A DNA stretch of 64,000 nucleotides from Candidatus Hermodarchaeota archaeon (GTDB taxonomy: Archaea; Asgardarchaeota; Thorarchaeia; Thorarchaeales; Thorarchaeaceae): NCBI GenBank assembly GCA_048885865.1, contig JBHLLF010000015.1, positions 12,271 through 76,270 of the forward strand, read 5' to 3'. This document shows, piece after piece, positions 57,156-64,000 of this stretch. The translations under genes and the position numbers were made by a program. The notes under the pieces are model-generated. The model was given only the letters and a program-made list of their open reading frames with translations, had not been told where the DNA came from and did no database searches. Every line of letters starts with the position of its first letter. Position 1 is the first letter of the stretch.

Positions 57156-58493
57156 ATGACTGATGAATTGGTTCCGAAAGACCTGCGAAAGCAGTATACA
57201 AAGGAGGAGATTCTTGACATTGAGAAGGAACACTTGGCTCCTGCAGTTGCCCATTATTATGAAGACCCGGTTCTCTTTGTCAATGGAAATGGTGCTAACC
57301 TTGAGGATAGCGCAGGAAATCAGTACATAGATCTTTTCGCAGGCATCTGCACAACAATCACTGGTTACAACCATCCTAAGTATGTCGCCACCATTAAGTG
57401 GCAAGCTGAACGGCTCGTATACACAAGTACAATGTACGCAACTGTTCCTTATGCAGTGCTTGTAAAGCGACTCGCACAGATTGCGCCCAAAGGCCTTACT
57501 CAGTCATTCATTGTCAATAGTGGCTCTGAAGCCAATGAAGCCGCATTATTCATGGCACGGAAGTATGTCAACAATCCATACATTGTCACCTGTTCGCGAG
57601 CTTACCATGGACGCACAACTCTTGCAAGGGAACTCTCTGGTACAGGATGGCGTACGGTCCCGGAAAGCCATCCATCAGGAGTACGTTTTACTCCATACGG
57701 ATATTGTTTTCGATGTCATTTTGGAAAAGAATATCCTGATTGTGACTTCGAGTGTGCCCGCTATCTCAGAGAGGTCATTCGAACGCAGACCAACAACACT
57801 ATTGCAGCGTTCATTGCGGAGCCAATTCAAGGAGTTGGCGGAATCATTCAGCCGCCCTCAGAGTACTTCCAGATTGTGCATGAAATTGTAAAGGACTACA
57901 GAGGACTCTATATTTCCGATGAGGTACAGACCGGATTTGGTCGCACGGGAGAGAAGTGGTGGGGAATACAGCATGCGGGAGTTGATCCAGACATCATCAC
58001 TATGGCAAAAGGCTTTGGTAGTGGAATCCCAATAGCTGGGTTCATCACAGGCCCTGAAATTGCTCGTGACTACACCATCACAGATGGCTTTGCAACTTAC
58101 GGAGGCAACCCCCTGTCATGTGCGGCTGCTGTAGCTGTCATTGAAATCATTGAAGAGAACAACTACTTGGAGAAGGCTGCTAAGCTCGGTGTCAAGTTGA
58201 AGAAGAAACTAAAGGCACTCGAAGAAGACCACAAGCTGGTTGGTGAGGTGCGTGGGCAAGGGATGATGCTGGGGATTGAACTCGTGCGAAATGATGTCAC
58301 AAAGGATCCGGCTTCGGAGGAGATGGCAAAAGTCATGGAACTCACTAAGGAGAGGGGTCTGCTTGTGGGCAAGGGAGGGCTGGATGGCAATGTGATTAGA
58401 ATTCAGCCACCACTTGAGCTCACATCTGAACAGATTGACGAGTCCTGTGCAATCCTCGATGAGGTCTTCTCTGAGATTGAGAAGAAGATGTGA
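57156..58493 (+). CDS. Class III PLP aminotransferase (AGXT2-like, probably beta-alanine transaminase)
   Basis: NSGSEANE, YHG, EPIQGVGG, DEVQTGFGRTG, MAKG.G.G.P, TYGGNP; pathway context. Confidence 0.88.
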   Translation: MTDELVPKDLRKQYTKEEILDIEKEHLAPAVAHYYEDPVLFVNGNGANLEDSAGNQYIDLFAGICTTITGYNHPKYVATIKWQAERLVYTSTMYATVPYAVLVKRLAQIAPKGLTQSFIVNSGSEANEAALFMARKYVNNPYIVTCSRAYHGRTTLARELSGTGWRTVPESHPSGVRFTPYGYCFRCHFGKEYPDCDFECARYLREVIRTQTNNTIAAFIAEPIQGVGGIIQPPSEYFQIVHEIVKDYRGLYISDEVQTGFGRTGEKWWGIQHAGVDPDIITMAKGFGSGIPIAGFITGPEIARDYTITDGFATYGGNPLSCAAAVAVIEIIEENNYLEKAAKLGVKLKKKLKALEEDHKLVGEVRGQGMMLGIELVRNDVTKDPASEEMAKVMELTKERGLLVGKGGLDGNVIRIQPPLELTSEQIDESCAILDEVFSEIEKKM

Positions 58494-58500
58494 CATGGCA

Positions 58501-59376
58501 TTAGAGATCAGTAAGACTCCCATAGCTATCTGGCCTTCGATCCCGATAGAACTGCCAGACATTTCGTACCTCACGAATCATGTCGAGGTCTATGTCTCCT
58601 ACTACAAGCTCTTCCTTATCTCGTGACCCCTTGACAACAACCTGCCCACGTGGATCAGCAATGTACGAGCTACCATAGAACATCCCAGTCTTCCAAGGTT
58701 CCTCACCCACTCGGTTGATGGCAGCAATGAAGTAGCCGTTGGCAACAGCATGTGCAGGTTGTTCTAGTGACCATAGGTGTTCCGATAGCCCTGCAACGGT
58801 AGCAGATGGATTGAACACAATCTCTGCACCATTCAGACCCAATGCTCGAGCCCCCTCCGGAAAGTGTCTGTCATAGCAGATATAGACACCAACCTTTGCA
58901 AATGCGGTATCAAACACCGGATATCCGAGATTTCCTGGCCGGAAATAGAACTTCTCCCAGAAGCCTGGGTCGAGATGTGGGATGTGCATTTTTCTCATCT
59001 TGCCAAGTAAAGTGCCGTCTGAGTCGATGACAATCGCGGTGTTGTAGTAGACACCAACACCATGCTCCTCATACATCGGCGCAATCAAGACAAAGCTATG
59101 TTCCTTAGCCAGTTCACACATCCGATCACTAAGTGGACCGGGGATGGTTTCTGCGTACTTGTACCACTTTCTGTCCTGTTCAGCGCAGAAATAAGGACCG
59201 TAGAACAACTCTTGGAAACACAGAATCTGGACCTTTTGTTGAACTGCGATATCTGCGAACCCCTCGTGTTTCCGAATCATCTTCTCGATGTTCTCTTCGA
59301 TCTTTCCCTCGTCCTTGACGTCGCCTTCCCATTGAGCCTGTACAAGGCCGATGCGTACCTCTCTCATTGTCACCAC
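58501..59376 (-). CDS. Beta-ureidopropionase (nitrilase family)
   Basis: CFQELF.GPYFC, RKMHIP, FWEKFYFRPGNLGYPVF, ICYDRHFPE, FNPSAT, WQFYRDRRP. Confidence 0.9.
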   Translation of the reverse strand: MVTMREVRIGLVQAQWEGDVKDEGKIEENIEKMIRKHEGFADIAVQQKVQILCFQELFYGPYFCAEQDRKWYKYAETIPGPLSDRMCELAKEHSFVLIAPMYEEHGVGVYYNTAIVIDSDGTLLGKMRKMHIPHLDPGFWEKFYFRPGNLGYPVFDTAFAKVGVYICYDRHFPEGARALGLNGAEIVFNPSATVAGLSEHLWSLEQPAHAVANGYFIAAINRVGEEPWKTGMFYGSSYIADPRGQVVVKGSRDKEELVVGDIDLDMIREVRNVWQFYRDRRPDSYGSLTDL

Positions 59377-59476
59377 TCCAAAGTCTTGGGTAAATTGAAC
59401 AGAGATTTATTCGCCTAATAGGAGTTTCCTAAACCGATTTATGGCAGCGAATCTAGGAGATGAAAGAGGCCTTTCC

Positions 59477-60865
59477 ATGGTTGAATTGGATCTAATAGTC
59501 AAAAATGGCAGTATCGTGACTGTTTCTGACACTTATTCTGCGGATGTTGGAGTGAGTGAAGGCAAGATTGTGACTATTGCACAGGATCTTCCAGATAATG
59601 GTGCAAAGGTGGTTGATGCCAAAGGGAAGTATGTATTTCCAGGGGGCATAGATGTACATGTCCACTTTCAGTTGCCATTCTCAGGAACCATCTCTGCTGA
59701 TGATTTCGAAAACGGAACAAAGGCAGCAGCCTGTGGTGGCGTGACTACAGTCCTCGATTTCGCTATCCAGACTAAGGGCAGCTCCATCATGGATGCGGTT
59801 GAGGCGCGCAGAGCTGAGGCGGACCCAAAGGTATGCGTGGATTATGGTTTGCACGCGGCTATCACAGACTGGAATGAACAGACACAGAAAGAGATCAAGA
59901 AAATCATTGACTATGGAATTCCTACCTTCAAGATGTTCATGATCTACAAGAACGAGGGCTGGATGGCCGATGATGGGATGCTGTTCAAGGCACTCGAAGA
60001 AACCTCCAAGCTCGGCGGTCACATCGGAGTCCATGCTGAGAGCGTGGATGTTCTTGATATGCTGATTGAGAGGTATGCAAAGGAGAAGGAGAAGTGGGGA
60101 GCGTACGGACATACTCTCTCGAGGCCATGCTATACTGAGGAGGAGGCAATCATTCGGGCGATCAAGTGGGCAGAGGTGACAGGCGGTCAGCTCTATATCG
60201 TGCATATGTCCACAGGAGAGGGTGCTGATGCAGTACATCTAGCCAGGCAAAAGGGGGTCAGAGTCTATGCAGAAACCTGTCCACAGTATTTGCTCTTGGA
60301 TGATGAAGTCTTCAAAGGTGAGAATGGACACCTGTATGCTACATGTCCTCAAATCAAGAAACCGCATGATAGTGAACGACTCTGGCAGGGACTGATGAAT
60401 GGAGATGTTCAGATTGTGGCAACTGATACTTGCACATTCACAACTGAGCAAAAGGCAGCTTGGAATGGGGACTTCACGAAGATTCCGTTTGGGATGCCTG
60501 GCGTTGAGACCATGATCCCACTCATGTACACAGAAGGAGTGGGGAAGCGTGGCTTCAATCTGAATCAGTTGGTTGCTCTTGTCAGTACGAATCCCGCAAA
60601 GCTCTTTGGCATGTATCCAGAGAAAGGAACCATCGCTATTGGTAGTGACGCAGACCTGGTTGTGTTTGACCCAGAAAAGAGAGTCACAATCAAGGCTGAG
60701 AATCTTCAGACCAACTGTGATTGGAGCCCATATGAGGGATGGAAACTGGTTGGATACCCTGCGGTGACTATATCCAGAGGGAGGGTAGTTGCGGAGGATG
60801 GAAAGTTCGTGGGTGAGGTTGGACACGGGAGATTCTTGAAGCGGAAACCATTCGGAAGACTCTGA
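59477..60865 (+). CDS. hydA: Dihydropyrimidinase
   Basis: PGGIDVHVH, ADDF..GT.AAACGG.TT, FKMFM.Y, HAE, ETCPQYL, FTKIP.G.PGVE. Confidence 0.93.
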   Translation: MVELDLIVKNGSIVTVSDTYSADVGVSEGKIVTIAQDLPDNGAKVVDAKGKYVFPGGIDVHVHFQLPFSGTISADDFENGTKAAACGGVTTVLDFAIQTKGSSIMDAVEARRAEADPKVCVDYGLHAAITDWNEQTQKEIKKIIDYGIPTFKMFMIYKNEGWMADDGMLFKALEETSKLGGHIGVHAESVDVLDMLIERYAKEKEKWGAYGHTLSRPCYTEEEAIIRAIKWAEVTGGQLYIVHMSTGEGADAVHLARQKGVRVYAETCPQYLLLDDEVFKGENGHLYATCPQIKKPHDSERLWQGLMNGDVQIVATDTCTFTTEQKAAWNGDFTKIPFGMPGVETMIPLMYTEGVGKRGFNLNQLVALVSTNPAKLFGMYPEKGTIAIGSDADLVVFDPEKRVTIKAENLQTNCDWSPYEGWKLVGYPAVTISRGRVVAEDGKFVGEVGHGRFLKRKPFGRL

Positions 60866-60871
60866 GAGAGA

Positions 60872-61342
60872 TTACTCCTCTCCTATGTCCTCATTCCAAA
60901 TGTCAGGATTTTTGCGGGTAAAATGATCCATCATCTCAATACATCGCTCATCCTGCAATACGACGACATGAACTCCACGGCTTCGTACATAGTCTTCAGG
61001 TCCCTTAAAGGTCCTATTCTCACCCACAATGATCACGGGGATTCCGTAGAGCAACGCTGCTCCACTGCACATGTCACACGGTGAGAGTGTGGAATATAGT
61101 GTCAATCTACTGTAATCAGACGCAGAAAGTCGCCCTGCATTCTCTAGGGCATCCATCTCAGCATGCAAGATGGCACTACCTTTCTGCATCCGTTGATTAT
61201 GCCCTCTCCCGACAATCTCACCCTCCATAACCAAGACGGAGCCAATTGGAATTCCTCCCTCCGCCAATCCTTTCTCAGCCTCAGAGATAGCCTCATCCAT
61301 AAATCGCTGTATTTCTTCTTCAGATGGCATCTCCCTTTCCAT
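60872..61342 (-). CDS. Cytosine deaminase, yeast FCY1-like Zn deaminase
   Basis: EGGIPIGSVL, HAE, LSPCDMC, VGEN, WNEDIG. Confidence 0.85.
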   Translation of the reverse strand: MEREMPSEEEIQRFMDEAISEAEKGLAEGGIPIGSVLVMEGEIVGRGHNQRMQKGSAILHAEMDALENAGRLSASDYSRLTLYSTLSPCDMCSGAALLYGIPVIIVGENRTFKGPEDYVRSRGVHVVVLQDERCIEMMDHFTRKNPDIWNEDIGEE

Positions 61343-61482
61343 TGACATCACACCTCTCGAATTGTGGGTTGGTAGGATAAAGGTGTGGTGGATGTAAGAA
61401 AGAGTCGCTGAACGGTATGACATCTATCTAGGCAGAGCAAGTGGGCTTGTTTATTCTGCCTTGAGTCGAATTAGCCTTCCGC

Positions 61483-61788
61483 CTATTCTGAAGTCCACAG
61501 AGGGTTTAGTTTGTATGCTTTAAAGTCCAGACGAACCTCTTCAAGTTTCTTGGATAGCTCTGCATAGCGTTCATCAGTACGCAGTTGCTCTGTCTTACTC
61601 TTGTAGTCAGACTCATCCTCGTACTTCGAAATATAGTAGACCTCATTTGGGTCGTCTGCATTCTCCCAGAAGCCAAGGATGTCCACCTTGTATTTCTTGT
61701 AGATTCCCTCGAACTCCTCTCTTAGCTCGTCGAGTTCACCACGTTTCTCGTCTTTCGCTTTTTGGCGATATAGCATGTAGATAGCCAT
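61483..61788 (-). CDS. NIPSNAP-like alpha/beta barrel protein
   Basis: IY.LYR.K...F..IYKKY.V.ILGFW...EVYYI..YED pattern. Confidence 0.65.
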   Translation of the reverse strand: MAIYMLYRQKAKDEKRGELDELREEFEGIYKKYKVDILGFWENADDPNEVYYISKYEDESDYKSKTEQLRTDERYAELSKKLEEVRLDFKAYKLNPLWTSE

Positions 61789-61962
61789 TTTTACCACTAG
61801 AGTAAACAATAGTTAACTCCTTTTATAGCTTTTCATCTCACTCTTGAGCGAGAATGGAAGGTTGCCAGACACACACTTTTGGGTGAAACTCTAGTTCATG
61901 CCATAGAGGATTAGTTGAAATATCATTGAGAGCCAGTATTGGTTCTCAGAGCTGGTGATTAA

Positions 61963-62409
61963 TTGAAACAGAGGAATGAGGACATAGGAAGACAATGGTT
62001 CCTTGAGATGTGGGGCAAGCCAGATCTTTACCTAGCTGATGAGCTTGTGGACAAAGACTACAATCCAAGCTGGGTTTCAATTGATGCCGTAGGTCCAGCC
62101 CAGATCAAACACGAGATCAAGTACTTCAGGTCCGTGTTTCCAGACTTGAAATATGAGATAGTAGACATTCTTGGTGCAGAGGACAGGGTCTGGATACGGT
62201 ATAAGGGAAAAGCAACTCACAAGGGGAATGCTTGGGGATTTGAGCCCACTAAGAAGGAAGTCGAGTATGAAGGTGCCACTATTCTGTACATCAGTCAGGA
62301 AGGTAAAGTCGTGGATCGATGGGGGGCTTTCTGTTTCTATGATATCTTCATGGACTTAGGATTAGTCCCGCCATTTTGGGAATTGAGCAAGCATTTTGGG
62401 ACCGGCTGA
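61963..62409 (+). CDS. SnoaL-like (NTF2-fold) ester cyclase family
   Basis: FRSVFPDL.YEI.D...EDRVW.RY...THKG..WG..PT.K.V...G. Confidence 0.85.
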   Translation: MKQRNEDIGRQWFLEMWGKPDLYLADELVDKDYNPSWVSIDAVGPAQIKHEIKYFRSVFPDLKYEIVDILGAEDRVWIRYKGKATHKGNAWGFEPTKKEVEYEGATILYISQEGKVVDRWGAFCFYDIFMDLGLVPPFWELSKHFGTG

Positions 62410-62418
62410 TAGAAACAG

Positions 62419-62592
62419 CTAATTGCGTGTCCGCTCCCTTTCAGCAACCCACGCCAAGAAAAAGGGCCATCCCAAAATACCCCAGCCACCAAAGTAAGGA
62501 ACTCCTGTTATCGCTTCAATGATCTCCATCGAGAGGAATACGACACCGATTACCAGAAGACCTGTGAAGAAGATGTGTTTCCATTGGGTCAT
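62419..62592 (-). CDS. 57-aa two-TM small membrane protein
   Basis: Hand translation MTQWKHIFFTGLLVIGVVFLSMEIIEAITGVPYFGGWGILGWPFFLAWVAERERTRN; TTTAAA box upstream. Confidence 0.55.
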   Translation of the reverse strand: MTQWKHIFFTGLLVIGVVFLSMEIIEAITGVPYFGGWGILGWPFFLAWVAERERTRN

Positions 62593-62668
62593 GAGCAGTC
62601 CCAGGCATTAGTTTGCGTTTTAAAATGCCAGACCACTGCAGAAGTTTGCTCTAATCAAAAGGCCGGGT

Positions 62669-62842
62669 CTATTCTTTGACAGCCTTACCAATTGACCAGG
62701 CGTCCCCAACTGATTCACCAAGAGCCCAATATTGGTCACCCGGTCGAATGAATACAAAAGGATTGATCTTTCTTAAATCAGGTACTCCATGAGTCATGGA
62801 TTGCCCGTCTACATAAGCATGCTTTACTTCTCCAAGACGCAA
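62669..62842 (-). pseudogene. C-terminal remnant of flavoredoxin/flavin reductase
   Basis: LGEVKHAYVDGQSMTHGVPDLRKINPFVFIRPGDQYWALGESVGDAWSIGKAVKE*; upstream frame closed by TGA. Confidence 0.6.
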
Positions 62843-62927
62843 TGATGTTGAGGGGGTACTCTTGTAAGCAAGTCAAAACAGAGTATTCATCTATGAGGCG
62901 TTACTCTTTCACTTGAGGCATGGTGGA

Positions 62928-63674
62928 ATGACCGATAGACTCAGCGAACTTGAACGAGTGCGTGAAGAGGTTAGGCAAGACCCCAAAAATGTGTCATCTG
63001 ATACGCGGAAGTATTTCTGGAAGCTTGTCCGGCAGATAAAGAGAGAGCCGAGTCCCAATGAGGACGAGATTATCGTGGCTGCCGAGGTGAGGGACATTTT
63101 GTTCGAGGCCACTCGAGGGAGGACCTATCCCTTAGGCTCAACCCTCGCAATTATGATAGTCATAGGACTAGTGCCGCTGCTTGCATATCTATGGCTTTTA
63201 CAGACACCGCTCATCTGGAACAACATTCTCAGTTGGACTTTAGCAGATGTCTGGCAAGTCATTCTCCGATTCATTTGTGTAATGGGAGTAGTTGCGTTCT
63301 TCTATCCTATTGGACGTTTGCTTGCCGGGAAAGCACTTGGAATACGCCTTCTGGGTATCTGTAGAGATGAGTACTATGAGCCTACAATCAAGATCGACTA
63401 CGTGACTTTTCTGAAGGCAATTCCGGCAAGACGAAAGTGGTTCTTCTTCTTTGCAGGCATTTGGACTGCTATCACTTCACTCATCGTAGGGATGATGGGG
63501 CTCGTCATTGGCGGCGACATAACCGGATTTCTGCCCGTAGTGTTCATCCTGCTCTTTGAGGGATATGTAGTATACAGTGGCAATCCCAGTCCATCTAGAG
63601 GAGAGATGGGGCATTATAACAGGGAGAAGAAGATAGAGAGAGCTTGGAGAAAGAAGATGGCTGGCAGCAGATAG
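62928..63674 (+). CDS. Hypothetical membrane protein
   Basis: Charged N-terminal domain FWKLVRQIKR plus 4-5 TM; PTIKIDY.TFL motif. Confidence 0.7.
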   Translation: MTDRLSELERVREEVRQDPKNVSSDTRKYFWKLVRQIKREPSPNEDEIIVAAEVRDILFEATRGRTYPLGSTLAIMIVIGLVPLLAYLWLLQTPLIWNNILSWTLADVWQVILRFICVMGVVAFFYPIGRLLAGKALGIRLLGICRDEYYEPTIKIDYVTFLKAIPARRKWFFFFAGIWTAITSLIVGMMGLVIGGDITGFLPVVFILLFEGYVVYSGNPSPSRGEMGHYNREKKIERAWRKKMAGSR

Positions 63675-63821
63675 GAAGCTCAACCAGTCACTGACAAATC
63701 TTGAGCATGGCAACGAGTTCTGAAGGCTGCTGGTGTATGCAAGTTTAAGCAATTGCAGCCGGGGGCAGAACAAATAAGGATACGCAGGCAAGTGTCTATT
63801 GCGTTTAGGAGGTCGCTGAGT

Positions 63822-64000
63822 TTGGAGTCGGAAGAGAAGCCAGAAGCTTCCAAACACACTGTAATGCGTGTCTATGGTGTTTCAGGAAGTACTGTGAATA
63901 GTGGAATCGAAACCATCATGGGAATCCATCCTGGCAGAAAGTCCATTCATTCGAAAGAAACGGGAACTGTCACTGTGAAGTCAGAGATCTATAGACATCT
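63822..64000 (+). CDS. Hypothetical protein, 5' part (runs off window end)
   Basis: AGGAGG then TTG 63822; frame open to the end (MESEEKPEASKHTVMRVYG...). Confidence 0.45.
   Translation, partial: MESEEKPEASKHTVMRVYGVSGSTVNSGIETIMGIHPGRKSIHSKETGTVTVKSEIYRH

Noticed and set aside
56423-57163. Long antisense ORFs (also 30840..31478, 59681..60826, 23117..23626)
   Set aside because: They are shadows of well-supported genes on the opposite strand with no recognisable motifs.
1-64000. Selenocysteine or pyrrolysine read-through in methyltransferases, ArsM or redox genes
   Set aside because: The families inspected are full length at their first stop; no in-frame TGA/TAG with continuing homology was seen.

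Overview
Gene-dense archaeal chromosomal segment (about 45% GC, GGTGA/GGAGG ribosome-binding sites, many TTG/GTG starts). The gene style (short LRR protein, 'QDMR' winged-helix paralogs, TrmB fusions, surface proteins with TM+basic tails) suggests an Asgard archaeon, probably Ca. Thorarchaeota; this is an inference. No rRNA, tRNA, CRISPR array or transposase was seen. Main blocks: (1) 0.9-11.2 kb: GPH sugar transporter, GH94-like phosphorylase, three UroD/MtaA-family methyltransferases, a corrinoid protein and a TrmB-MEDS regulator, a candidate methyl-glycoside demethylation system. (2) 12.3-15.7 kb: class II photolyase islet with a perfect 20-bp palindrome. (3) Housekeeping and transport genes: short bacterial-type AlaRS, PiT with DUF47, two SLC13 permeases, NYN RNase, acyl-CoA dehydrogenase. 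(4) 41.5-51.3 kb: wHTH, surface cysteine peptidase and ABC exporter, divergent from a Zn/HTH gene plus five tandem paralogous 2-TM bacterial-PH-domain genes and a 31-aa membrane peptide; this is the most unusual locus. (5) Cys-rich PadR and arsM with three copies of a 16-bp operator. (6) Reductive pyrimidine catabolic cluster with a stand-alone PreA and a yeast-type cytosine deaminase. Family assignments come from motif recognition by eye, not database searches.
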